Source of the DNA: the human T2T-CHM13v2.0 reference genome, Homo sapiens
Assembly: GCF_009914755.1 (NCBI RefSeq)
Contig: NC_060937.1
Length of the DNA stretch: 64,000 bases
Strand: one strand, 5' to 3'
Both the position numbers and the translations under genes were made by a program. Positions 28,235-41,082 of this stretch are shown piece after piece; the stretch's first letter is position 1; each line of letters begins with the position of its first letter. The notes under the pieces were generated by a model that was not told the DNA's origin, did no database searches, and saw only the letters and a list, made by a program, of their open reading frames with translations.

Positions 28235-28615
28235 TCTAAGAACAATTTTAGAGCTATTGCAAAGAAAGTACAGAGAGTTCCCAAACATCTCACACCTAGT
28301 TTCCCCTATTAACATCTTCCGGTAGTATGGTACATTTGTCACAACTAATGAATCATAATTGATATATTAATATTAACTAAAGTCCACACTTTATTCAAAT
28401 GTCTTCAGTTTTTCTCCAACGTCTCTTTTCTTTTGCATGACCCCATCAAGCATAAATACAAGACATTTAGTACTCACACCTCCTCAATCTCCTATTGCCT
28501 GTGAAAGTTTCAGATTTTCTTTCTTTTCAATGACATTGCCAGTTTTGAGCATTACTTGTCAAGCATTTTGTAGAATGTCCCTCGAATGAGATTGTATTAT
28601 TTGTTTCTCATGATT
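28235..28615 (-). mobile_element. L1MC-like 3' UTR fragment
   Basis: AAAGTACAGAGAGTTCCC, GGTACATTTGTCACAACTAATGAA and TTTTGTAGAATGTCCCTC; related to 14855-15425. Confidence 0.75.
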
Positions 28616-28639
28616 ACAGATTTCTGGTATGCTAGGGAA

Positions 28640-28820
28640 GTGTTACAGAGCAGGGTGTGTAAGACCAAACAACCTGAACTTGAATTCTGGGTCTGCTAAT
28701 ACGTAATTATTCAAGCATTAATAAGTTACTTAACCTCTCTTGCCTCAATTTCTATAATGGGGATGACAATATTTCATATATGGTAAGTTTAGTTTGGGGA
28801 TTAAATGACTTAGTGTTATA
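28640..28820 (+). mobile_element. MIR SINE
   Basis: Core AAGTTACTTAACCTCTCTTGCCTCAATTTC...ATGGGGATGACAATA. Confidence 0.7.
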
Positions 28821-29199
28821 TAAGAGTTAGCTAAATAAATAAATGATACTTAAATATAAAAATGAAGAACTTGACATTACTTGAGAGTTGTTCAAGATAT
28901 GAGTTTTTGCCTGTAGATATTACAATAAAATAAAATATTAAAAACCAGAATATATGAAAATATCAGGAAATACAATAAAATATTAAGTAAAAAAGACTTC
29001 AAAACTGAATACATGTATTATGTGTGTGTGTGTTTTGTACGTTATACAATTATTTCAGGAAAGGGAGTTTTGTAAATCATAAGCTTATAGTTGAATAAAC
29101 ATGCATATTATATAAATATAAATATGACAGAAAATAAAAATAATTGTAGGTACATTCTGTCAAAGATACAAATAAAATAGATGTAGATCTCTCATACAG

Positions 29200-30290
29200 T
29201 ATTGGTTGGAAGATGAAGTAGTTTACTTGTTCTGGAAAATAGTTTGCCAGTTTCTTAAGAAACCAAACCTACACTTACCATACATCCAGGACCGCACTAA
29301 GAAGCATTTATCCCAGGAACATGAAAACATATTCACACAAAAATCTGTACATGAATGCTCATAGCAGCTTTATTTGTAGTACTCCAAACGGAAAATAACC
29401 AAAATGTCCTTCACTGGGTGAATGACGAAATCAACTATAGCATATTCATAACATGAAATACAACTCAGCAATAAGAAGGGATAAACTATGGATACATATA
29501 ATGATTTAAATGTATGCCAAAGGCCTTCTGCTTGTCAGGTGCAGTGGTTCACGCATGTAATCCCAGCACATTTGGAGGCCAAGATGGGGAGATCTCTTAA
29601 GCCCAGGAGTTCAAAACCAGCCTCAGCAACACAGTGAGACCCCATATGTACAAAAAAAAAAATTTTTTAAATACCTGGGTGTGGAGACAGGAGCCTGTAG
29701 TTCCAGCTATTCAAGAGGCTGAAGTGGGAGAATCCCTTGAGCCCAAGAGTTCTAAATGGCAGTGCACTAAGTTCATGCCACTACACTCCAGCCTGAGCAA
29801 CAAAGAGATCCCATCTCTAAAAAAGTAATTTTTTAAAGAGGCATTGTATTGAATAGTGAAAGGTGGGACCAATCTTAAAGGGTTACGCACTATATACTTC
29901 CATTTTTATAGCCTTCTAAAAATGACATTATAAAGATGGAGAAAGATTAGTGGTTGCCAAGCTTTAGGCATGAGTGGGGAGAGGGAGGGGCATGAGACTG
30001 TAAAGGAGCAGCATGCAGATCTGTGTGATGATTGAACTGTTCTACATCTTTGCTGTGGCAGTAGTTATACATATTTACACATGTGAGAAGATGTCATAGA
30101 TCATTACACACACAAGTTAGTGTATGAAAAACGAGTAAAATCTGAATGAAGTTTATGGATTTTTACCAGTGTTCATTTCCTTATTTGATGTGGTACTGTA
30201 GCTGTTTAAAGTGTTACCTTTAAGTACATTAGACTTCTTTATTATTTTTGCAACTTCCTTTGAATGTAAAATTACTTTTTACTTCAAAAC
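29200..30290 (+). mobile_element. Ancient L1 (L1MD/ME-like) ORF2 end and 3' UTR, split by an AluJ
   Basis: CATTTATCCCAGGAACATGAAAACATATTCACACAAAAATCTGTACATGAATGCTCATAGCAGCTTTATT and GATTAGTGGTTGCCA. Confidence 0.75.
29533..29825 (+). mobile_element. Alu, AluJ-like
   Basis: Diverged Alu with AGCCCAGGAGTTC and AACACAGTGAGACCCC, J-type features. Confidence 0.9.
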
Positions 30291-31959
30291 AAAAAGCTTT
30301 AGAAGATGTAAAAAATAGACAAGGTAATACGTAGTTATATAAGCATTTCAATCAGATTATGAATGTTTTCCTATTTTTACAGTCGACATATAACTATTTT
30401 ATAACCTGAAAAAATATACATCTCTGTATATAAATGTATGTGTATGCAATATATATATAGATATTATAGATATACAAATAACATATATGTACTGATACAT
30501 ACATGTGTGTATGTGTATGTGTATGTCATTGTCCCTTTACTTATTATAAACTCTTTCCAGAGTTCAAGTAACTTTTTAAATCATCTCTGAGTCCCTGCCC
30601 ATTTATTAGCATGGTTCCTGATCCATAGAAAATTCTGTTGCCATTGAAAAATATCTATATTTGATGAATTCTTGAGACTGAAAGAATAAATTTAGAACCA
30701 AATGATAAAAGCTTCTGGTAAACAGGTAAATATTATAAGGTGTTTCCAAAAATACGATCTTTAGTGAAGAATGGACAACCTAAAGAGTTTGTATGAAGTC
30801 CCGAATGCAATTGTCCCAGGAATTTATGGCAGGCAAACTGAATGGGAGTTTGGACCCAAAGAGCTAAGATGTCTTCCAATCCAGTGATTCTTATGAAACA
30901 AAGAGCTTTGAACTCAGACCAAATGCACTATTTTCAAAGCTCTATTTCTCATGAATCATGAACTAGTCAGAACTATTTTAAGCTAGTTTCCATTGAATTT
31001 AGCTAATATGCATTCAGTGCCTATGATGTGCTCATCAATACCCTAAACACCATAGAGGAATACAATAAACAAAGAAAAAGACTGTCCTCAAGTTGATTGG
31101 AGAAATAAAGAGAGACATAGTAAATGTGTAATAATATGTAATATTGTAAGAATAGAATCTCAATGAGCAGTATAAAAAATAAAACCGCCCACTCCCAGAG
31201 TGATACCTCAAAACCATTATTGTTCCTAAGCTGAGTCATTGCAGGGTCAGCATTTCCAATACTCATCCAATGAGTACTCACTCCACAGAAATTTTAAGAT
31301 GTTCAACATGTTGACAATTGGAAATTTTCAGATAATTTAACAAACTGGGTGTTGCGTACTTAATATTCTATTCATATGTTACTTTTTTCTTATGTAACCC
31401 AAAACTAAAATAAGATAAATGTGTTTTAGTCTTATTTTATATTTTCCAAACAAGCACATATTAATTTTTCTTTTTTCTAACATGTAGTTGCAAAACTCTC
31501 TTATTTTCTCATACAGAATGGAATATAATTTAAAATATATAAATGTAAATAATGTCACATGAAATTCTAATTCATGTCTGTGAATATGACAAAATAATAA
31601 TTGTTGAGCAATGTTTCTGATTTTTTTATATAGTAAAACTGGCATTTATTAAAAAGTTGCCCAAGGTATGTTTAATTTGACAGGTTTTTATATTTCATAT
31701 TTATTTTTCTGAATTCTGATCAAAAATGAGAAGTGGTATACCATCAATTAAGTTATCAAGTATAAATTTAAAGTTTATATATGTACATTTGAGCATTTGT
31801 TTTGAACTTGTAATTAAGTAGGTACATTTGACTACACAAAATTTTGGAATGCATTTGCATACAAATAAATTGACATACTTCAATTGCATTTCCATACCAT
31901 GATTCATTATGTTGTTTTCTGTGAAATTTACTCTAATCTCCCAACTACAGTATTTATAA

Positions 31960-32120
31960 GCAGTGTGTCAGCCTCTCACCAGCAGTGAGTGTCGCCAAGG
32001 CAGCGCTTTTGTTGTCATGGCAGTGATGGATCATCAATGTTCGGTAGCAGACCTGTAATTTGCAAATTGAATGACAGGCAGCATTGAAAATGCACTGCAG
32101 TGGCCTTTTCTAGGTAAGTT
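31960..32120. promoter_or_regulatory. Candidate enhancer and/or exon 3' end in unique sequence
   Basis: Two X-box-like motifs, TGATGGAT, TGACAG, palindrome AATTTGCAAATT, retained CpGs and AG|GTAAGT. Motif inference only. Confidence 0.35.
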
Positions 32121-33869
32121 GGAAGCTTGTGGTATGAGAGTTCTCTCTCTTTAAGTCGTGTTTTATTTTAGTCTTCACACCAGTTTGACATTTAGATTCA
32201 GAGAGTATAAATGAGATATTTAGGTTTTGAACTTAAAATAAATTCTTTGTGTAATAGAGCAGTAAATATTTTACTTTTTCAAAGGATGCTAAAACTCATT
32301 TAATCAGGTTACAGTTTTGTGCTCATCTTTCCCCAGTGCAAGCCTTGGTCTCTTCCAGTTGAAATCTGTATCGTTATCTTTCTGTGTTTGATATATATGA
32401 AGGATTGAACAAAAGAAGAGAAAGAAAAAAAAAACAGCATCTCTTAAGAAGTAGCATCTATTTTTGTCATTACCGTTCTTTTTCATAGGCAAAGTCAATT
32501 ATTCTCTAGCCTGGAATTCAGCTTTGCTCTATTCTGTGACTATTCAGCTGTCAAGATAACAGCATTCAAGGTACAATGTCCTCATGAATCTTCTACTGAC
32601 CAAATAGCCTAACTAAATCTCTCTTCTCTAAACTTCTGCAATGTTTCTAATATTAAACTATAGGTTAATAAAGTGTAGGATACATAACTGTTTTGCCCAG
32701 TGGGGAAATTTCGTAGCAAATACATAGTTACCATTCATTAAATGTGTGTTGTATCATTAATTAAATAAAATCCAAATTACCATTATTGTTACATTATCAA
32801 ACTACTGGTTGAACTTAATCATGCATATTTAGCTATTTAATTTTCTCATGCATGTGCCTTCCTCAAATAGATGGTGAGTCACCACGAGTGAGGAGAACTT
32901 TTCTATACATATATGCATTATGTATAGCAAATTAAATATCCTATATTTAGTATATTTCCTAGAGTCTCCACAGTGCTACAAATACATAGCAGAATAGATA
33001 CTACATAGCTGATGCATGGTAAATACTTAATAATAAAAATAGTTGCTTACACTGTTATAAAACATTAACAAACAAAAGAAATCATGTAATAAAAGAAAAC
33101 ATTAATTCTAAACTGCTACATTAATTTGCATTGGCAAAACATGATATACCCCCAAGCAGCTTCTCTGATTTGACAGATTTGTCCCTGATTTGAGTGGAAC
33201 ATTTCTGTAAAGTAGGACGTGTGAGTCCTATTTTAAATTGCTTTGTCATAGACCCTGGAGCAGTCATAATTTTTAGTTACTCTAGTTTCTCCAGCTCTAA
33301 ATGCAAGTAGCAATTCCTGTCATCTGTACAACTTATAGCCATGCAATGATCTTAATATACTGAATCTTGTTAGCTAAGACCTTAGGTGTTGCCAGAAGTC
33401 ATTCAGCATTTACAGGACAACAGCTTTGTGTCATTTTCTGTTAGGGTCCTTGACTGAGAAGTTAGCATAAGCTAACCTACCACTCATTTACTCGTTCAAC
33501 TAATAAATATTGAGTACCATTGCTTGACCTGCTGTGGAAACAAATGACTCTAACGTAATTCTAGTAGGTAATATATTGTAGGTACATAAAACATGCAATA
33601 AATGCACAGAGGAAGGAGCTACACAATTCTTTTGGGGGAAATTACTGGGGATACTGTAACCATGGTGTATTCCTGTTTCAGAAAAGCATTATAACTGTAT
33701 TCATGATGGGTTGGTTGTAATCTTGTGGAACGTAAATTGGATAATAACAGAGAAAGGGAAATTGAGACCTGGTTTAACACCCTCATGTAAAGAAGTAGCC
33801 AGTGTCAATCTCCAGCAGGTTACTACAGGGATCTATGCTTGTCTCTGGTTTATTATTTTTTATTTTTTA

Positions 33870-34600
33870 ATTAGTGGGAAAAAAGTGTGCTTATTAAATT
33901 TGTAGGTGACACAAACCTAGGGAATATTACAAATATTGTTGGGACAGAATCAACACTAAACATCCCCCTAAAAGCCTAAAACAATAGGCCAAAATCAACA
34001 AAATGAAATTTAACAGAGATAAATATGATGCCCTGCAGTGCCAAAAAAGGAAAAAAAAAAAAAAAAGAAAAAGAAAAACCTCAACTCAAATAAATATAGG
34101 ATTGAAAATATCTGACTGAAATATTTGCAGCTAAATCACTATGGGTGAGTTAGATGAAGAAAAGCTTAATTTGGCTCTAAGCTTTGATATGTCCCTGAAA
34201 ATATTACAGACACGTTATTATCTGTACAGATGGATATATAATGCCCTGGACAAGGGATAGAGTATTTATTCTCTATCCTATATTTGCATATTGTATATCT
34301 ATCAAATTTACATTTGGTAAGCTACATTCTAAAAACTTCTCTGACAAATTATAGGAAGGCACTAAAGAAAGTTAAAAAGGATGAGGGAGTAATTTAGAAA
34401 TCACGGTGCCTCAGTTGGTGATATGTTTCAAAACTGTGTCAATCAGAATACAATGAAAGGACCTGGGTATTTCTAACAGGAAGAAGAGAGGATTAAAGTA
34501 GAACATGACAACTTCAAATATTTGAAAGGCTATTATGTTGCAGAGGTGATTTGTTAAGTACCATTACAAAAGACAGGATGGACGGAAGATGGAAAGAGAA
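33870..34600 (+). mobile_element. L3/CR1 LINE remnant
   Basis: CTTATTAAATTTGTAGGTGACACAAACCTAGGG is a degenerate LIKFADDTKLG; AAAATGAAATTTAACAGAGATAAAT resembles MKFNxxK. Both are typical of CR1 reverse transcriptase. Confidence 0.7.
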
Positions 34601-34624
34601 TTGGTTAAGATGTTGACTCAATAT

Positions 34625-34745
34625 AAAATGCCTGAAAGATAGATTTTTATCTGTTTTATTCACTGCAGTCCCTTGGCTTTTACAACAAATCTTAGCAGGT
34701 TTAAGGAACACAACAAATATTTTTGAATACATTAATGAATGAATA
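34625..34745 (+). mobile_element. L2 3' end
   Basis: TGTTTTATTCACTGC...AAATATTTTTGAAT...ATGAATGAAT terminal repeat. Confidence 0.7.
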
Positions 34746-35519
34746 GGTAGTAAAGTATAAAGTCTAATCTGTTGAAATACAGAATAAAGTTTCTCAACAG
34801 GTAGCAGATGAGATGCCTGCTAAGCATAACTAGTGTCAGAAAAAGGCAATTGAAATGATTCTACTCTACAAAAAGAAATAAAATTCCATAGAAAGGTTTG
34901 AAAATTGTTTTTATAAACTTGTCTTAAAACTAGTATTTTCAAAGTGGAAAGTCTATATGATAGTCAACAAATTTTGAATTGTAGAAAATATGAGTTAACT
35001 TAGAATGCATCAAGTTTTGACAGATTTTGGGTGTGTATGCAATTTTTTAACAAAGTTTTATAATAGCATAACATGATATTTTTCAATTCCTGTTCGACAA
35101 TATTATTATAAAGAAAATCGTTCTTGAGATAGTAGTACACTCCATCAATTACTACAGGTTCCTCTTTTATTTCTTTGATATTCAAGTTGTTCTCTTTGGA
35201 AATGTTCAGCATGTCATAAATATTTTATGATTTAACTTCAAAATTGATTGGCTTAAATAGCCAGATGCTCATTTGTAAAGATTTTGCATGCAATTCAAAC
35301 ATTCTTCATCACATCATTGTTTTTGTATAAAATCCTACCTCTTTTGAAATATTTGAATTGAATTTTGCGTCAATTTCCACTGTATTCCACACTATGATCT
35401 ATGCATATACCATTTGACAACAAGAAACTTAGTTTGATACAGAGGTTACATTATGCTGAAAACGTTTGGTTGGTTGGAGAAAATTTTATATGTGTAAGTG
35501 ATGTAAAAAGTGATTAGTT

Positions 35520-35610
35520 ATATATAATATGCAAATATTATATGCAATATATATTATTTGCATATATATGCAATTATATATTATTTGCAATATATATGCA
35601 AATAATGTAT
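35520..35610. repeat. AT-rich quasi-palindromic tandem repeat
   Basis: Unit of about TATATTATTTGCA(A)TATATATGCAA occurs twice, plus partial copies. Confidence 0.8.
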
Positions 35611-37379
35611 TTTATGGTGCTATGATCAATTTTACTTCCCTGCACAACTTTAGATTGAAGGAACACAAAAAATATTTGCAAAGGGAGAATGTGATTCCCT
35701 CTCTTAAGATTAAAGCTAGTTAATCATTAATCAGGAGGAAATATTTGTATTCAGTGGGATTTTTAACTTAATTATATATAATATTCTTTCAAACTTTAAG
35801 TTTGACCTTAAAATATACACATACATGCCATTTTTAAGGCAGTCTTACCACTTGATCCTAGTATAGTTTGTTGTATGACATGAACATCTATTAATTTACA
35901 GTTATCCAGTTACTTCCATTATGTTAGAGTTAATCTACCATGTTTAAATAGTTTTATATTCTGATTCTGATACAGAACTTATTAGCTACACCTATCAAAT
36001 TTATGCCATTAAAATTCTGGGCAAGTAAGACTAAAGACAAAATTTATTAAACCCATCTGGAAATGTTCCTGCTAACTTATATCAATCTACATTTAAAACC
36101 AGAAAGTTTTACAATGACTTCTTGATACATCTCTGCATTCTTCTTGAAAACCATGAAGAGAGATTTTGGTATACAACTTAATCCAATTGTGATGCACTGT
36201 TTAACTTAGGATTTTTTAAAGGGTGAATTGGCTTCTCTTCTGTGTAAATATATGCCACTTGCTAATGGTCAATGTTTTTATTTCTAAGATGTACAAATTA
36301 TCTATTGAACCGTCTATGCTAGAAACTTTAGTTTCTTACATGGAGAAACATTTGCTAGTCTTTCATTTTTCACTGATTGTCTTATTCTTCCTAGTTTCAC
36401 AAATGTTGTCAACACTGGTTTTGCAGCACTTTTGCAAATTCTCCCAACTCCTTCTACGTACTTCAACTGGGCTCAGTGATTTGAATTTATACAGATAAGC
36501 TAAATTACCCTTGCTATATCTTCATTTATATTATGTTTCTATTCTCTTTCAACAATCTTCTCTATGCTCTCCACATCATTTTTTGATGGATAAAAGTGAA
36601 ATATAAATTAGAAGCTTTGTTTTAGCTCATGAATTCCAGTTATCTATCACAAGTGAAGGATCATGTGTTTACATACAATATATGATATGTTAGCATATGT
36701 GTTAGGATATGTGCTAATATATCCAGAAAAAAAATACTTTAAAAATTTTCTTTATTGTTTTACAGAAGTCTAAACAGCTCTGGACCAGTAACTGCTTTTT
36801 TTCTCTTGTTTTAAATACTAAGTTTTTGGCTTCTTAAAGTCAAAATCCAAATCTATATACATCGTATCATCTGGCATGTAAACTACATTTGGTTATGTCA
36901 GTTGAAGAAAAAATGAAAAATGAATTAATTAATGTTACAGGGTAATTTGTTAAAAATAAAAGCTAATAAGTATAGTCAGGTAGTAATCTTTATCCCAGTT
37001 TAAAATTAGGACTGGTAAAGCAGTTGTCATTCTCCTCTGTTATAAACACTTTGGCTGCTTAATGGGATGAATACTAATAGGCAATTATCTCAAAGAACTG
37101 GAAATTAGAAGTAGCTAGGAGAAAAGTATTGAACTCTTTCCAGAGTTTTTATTCATCTCCCATTTGGGTGGTTTTTTGTGGTTATTTGTTTTCTTATTTT
37201 AATTTTTGTATTGGGGAGATGATTCCTCTAGAATGAACGACTGAGGACCAGAGGAGAGAAGGTGACTTGACTCTTTTCAACTCGAAGGAAATTTCTAATG
37301 AGGTCCTGCAGTCTTTGTTTCCTTTCCATAGGATACGATTCAGAATGTTGATGCCTTTTGCCATTATTCACATACAGGG

Positions 37380-37620
37380 ATAATAATAATAGAATTAGCT
37401 ATTGTTTGTGGGACACCTATGTTTCAGACATAATGACTATCTTTAACAGCTACTATGTATATACAAAAAAGGTTAATATTTTCTTCATTTTATAAATTAA
37501 AAAAAGAAATATTAGAGAAATTAAGTAACATGAAACCATCTTCCAATTATGAAATGCCAGAATCAGTATTTTTATCAGGTCAGGTTTCAAAACCTGTTTT
37601 TTCCGCTACAGCACATTGTC
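37380..37620 (-). mobile_element. MIR remnant
   Basis: AATAATAAT...CACCTATGTTTCAGACA...CATTTTATAAAT...AGAGAAATTAAGTAAC. Confidence 0.5.
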
Positions 37621-38333
37621 CTTCTAAGCCTCCAGTGCTAAGATTTAAATAAAAATTGAACTACCCCTGGGTAAATTTTGGAAGCAAAGGCAGTTCTCCT
37701 CTTACACCGTGACTTTCCACATATTTTCTAGGACTTACTATTTAAGAACTGAATTGAATTGATCGCCTCTATCAGGAAACTTGCTGCTACTTTATATGAA
37801 TTCGCTGTATGTTAGGACTAATATGTTTATTTTTGTGGAGTATCAAGACATTCCCGTTTGAAAAAGACATAACTTTAAACATTTTATTTATTACTGTTGG
37901 CAGTCAGACCTGTAGCCAACTGCCTGTGCTGTCTTTTTGTTTCATTTATAATACGACAGAAAGGACAATGGGGCGCCTGGGCAGGCTCCCACATTTCAGG
38001 CTTCTGTTCTGTGCACAGCTTTTCTATTGCCATTTTGGAGAAAGAAAGGGACCTATGAAAATAGTTGTGACAGCAGATGTGATTTTCATGTGGTGCCAGC
38101 ATTTTTTTTTCCTTCGTAGAGTTAAGTAATATCCGAAGTTGGTACTAAAAATACAAAGAGTATTGTGCCAATATAGAATGCACCATTCCTAAAATTCCTT
38201 CACTTCTATTGCAAAAGGAGCTTTTTAGAATTAGAATTAAAAAACAAAACACATTTGAGTAGAAAACAATATTTGCATCTATAGCAAACTGAGTGAAAAT
38301 TTCATTCCAAAAGAGAATGCTGTAAACAGAGCA

Positions 38334-38652
38334 CGGCAGTTCCCCCGTTATATGTGGTTTTACTTTTCCTGATTTCATTTACCCATGATCAACCAGAGTC
38401 TGAAAATATTACAAACAATAAGATATTTTGAGAGGGACCACATTCATATTTTTATTACAGTTATTGTTATACATGTTCTATTTTATTATAAGTTATTGTT
38501 AATCTCTTAATGTGCCTAATTTATAAATTAAACTTAACCATAGGTAGCTATGTAGAGAAAAATCATAGTATTTATAGGTTTTGGTACTATTTGTGATTTG
38601 GTATTAACTTGGGGGTCTTGGGACATATCCTTTGTAGATATGGAAACTATTG
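38334..38652 (+). mobile_element. MER44A-like TcMar-Tigger MITE
   Basis: CAATAAGATATTTTGAGAG, GTGCCTAATTTATAAATTAAACTT and GGGGGTCTTGG; degenerate TIRs; TA at the right end. Confidence 0.85.
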
Positions 38653-39329
38653 TAATCATTTATGACTTCATTCTCAGTGTATCTTTTTCTTCTTGGCCAC
38701 AAGGAAAATTTCTACCAGGTTGGTTTTGGTTTCTTTCGATTCAGAATCATTTATTGGACATATTATATAAAAGTCACTCTGCTGAAAGTGGTGAGGATTA
38801 AGACTCAGATGGTAACACACCCACCTCTCAAAGAAGGACACAGTTTATGTTGTAAAATAGAACTTGAATATCCATATTATACGGCAGTACGTACAATGCA
38901 TTATAATACAAGTTCATCTCTCAAGGAGCACCTTGGATAGAGAATTGAGAGGACTTTGTTTTTAAAATGTATTCTTTGAAGTATGGGTGAAATTTAACCA
39001 GCATAAGAATATAGAGCTGGGAAAAGTTACAAATACATTTATATATAGGGGATGGGGCGAGAAAACTAGTTGAATACTTTGGCGGCTAAGAAAAAACGTG
39101 AGAGAGGAGTGAACAGAAGATGAAATTGGAAGAATGAGTTTGTACTACTGCAGACAAGTTTGAATGTCAGGCTGAATTGTTTCTTATTTAATAATTAATA
39201 GATATTAAATATTTCGCAACAGGTTACATAATTATGCTGTATTTGAGGAAATACCAATAATAACTAACCCGGCAGTCGAGCAATCCAATTAAGAAGGTAA
39301 ACCTTTAGGCCATTTTACCTCTGTTCATA

Positions 39330-39520
39330 TATTCACTCTCCTACCTGGTAGCTGTGTAATCTGGGGAAATTGCTATTTCTTTTCATTTCCTTTTCTGTGT
39401 TTTATAAAATTAAGAGGATAATAATTATATACCTATCTCACAGTACTGTTGTGAGAACCAAATGTGATAATATATGAAAAGAATTAACACAGGATTAGAC
39501 ACAGACAAAGTACTCCAAAA
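39330..39520 (+). mobile_element. MIR SINE
   Basis: TAGCTGTGTAATCTGGGGAAATT...ACCTATCTCACAGTACTGTTGTGAGAACCAAATG. Confidence 0.7.
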
Positions 39521-40376
39521 AAGTTGGCTGCAATTGCTACCTTGTATGTAATGCTTTACTAGGGTTTCTAAATATATTTAAGTAATGTGAATGGGAGCTA
39601 TTTAGGAAGGAGTTGAGGCATGGGAGGAGTTAACTGAAAAGGTCTAAGGTAACTCAAAAGGAAGACATACACAGTGAAATCAGATCAGAGGGGTTATGGC
39701 CAAGGTAGCTGAGGCTGCCCTGAAAGACCACCCAGTTCAGTAGATGTGATGCAGTCAAGGCTGAATCCAATGAATTGATGCCTCTTAGAATGCACAGAAG
39801 ATCAGTTAGTGGGATGTGTGTTGAGTGCAAGATAGTGAGTTCATTTTCACTATCAGTGACAAATTTACAATGTCCACATTACACTGTAGTTTCTGGTTTC
39901 AAAGTTTTCATACAACAAAATGTTTTATATAAGCTGTCTTAGAAAAATGATTTCCAATTTGAATTTCATCTATCTCTCTTCATGTAGTACTGTCACTATT
40001 TTATTTGGAAGTAACAATAAATGAGTAAGATGTGTTAGATTGTATGGCAGAGAATAAAATGGAAAGAAAGAATAGATACCCTTGCAACTGGAAAATGTGA
40101 ATTAAAAGCAATAATTAATAGAAAAACAAAAGGAAAGGACAGAAATAGTAATTTTAAATTGGCAATAGTATTTGGTACTATTGATTTTGAACATTTGTGC
40201 ATTGCTATGAAAATTTTGATATCAACTTATGTACTTTATTCAATACGATCCTTACCAAAATACTATGAGATAGGCCATATACATTTCGGGGACAGAAGGT
40301 ATCCAATAAACTACATTCTTGATCCCTGCCAATATTTGGGAAAAAGTGAGAGATGGACACAGAAATGAGACAGATT

Positions 40377-40500
40377 TCATTCATTCATTCAACAAATATT
40401 TATTTAGCTCCTACTCATACTTGACTTTCTTGAAGACACATGTCATAAGCCAGTGAATAAAACAAAAATCTCTATGTAATGAAACTTATAGCCAAAAGAT
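40377..40500 (-). mobile_element. L2 3' end
   Basis: TCATTCATTCATTCAACAAATATTTATT...GTGAATAAAACA. Confidence 0.7.
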
Positions 40501-40545
40501 GGGAGAATAATGTCACATGTGACAGACATGGACATGTACCATTCA

Positions 40546-40872
<327 letters not shown>

Positions 40873-41082
40873 GAACATTCTGCATACACATTGCCCAACT
40901 ATTAGAACTATGGTTATATGGCAATACCTGGCTTTAACTTATTCAGGCCTGGGTATGCTTCAGCTTTGAAGCCAAGTTCACACTCTGCAGAGCAGACCTC
41001 GGTCATTGCCTAAGAAAAGACCTAGCCATTTCTGCCCAATGTATGACTTCTCTAATGGACTCACTTTGGGTTTTCAGAGACT

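Noticed and set aside
34043-34078. Orphan A-rich run within the L3 remnant
   Set aside because: No TSD or element body was found; slippage expansion is a sufficient explanation.
40512-40525. Short palindromes and hairpins (TGTCACATGTGACA; also about 26370-26393 and about 32903-32927)
   Set aside because: Stems of 7-9 bp are expected by chance in 64 kb of AT-rich DNA.
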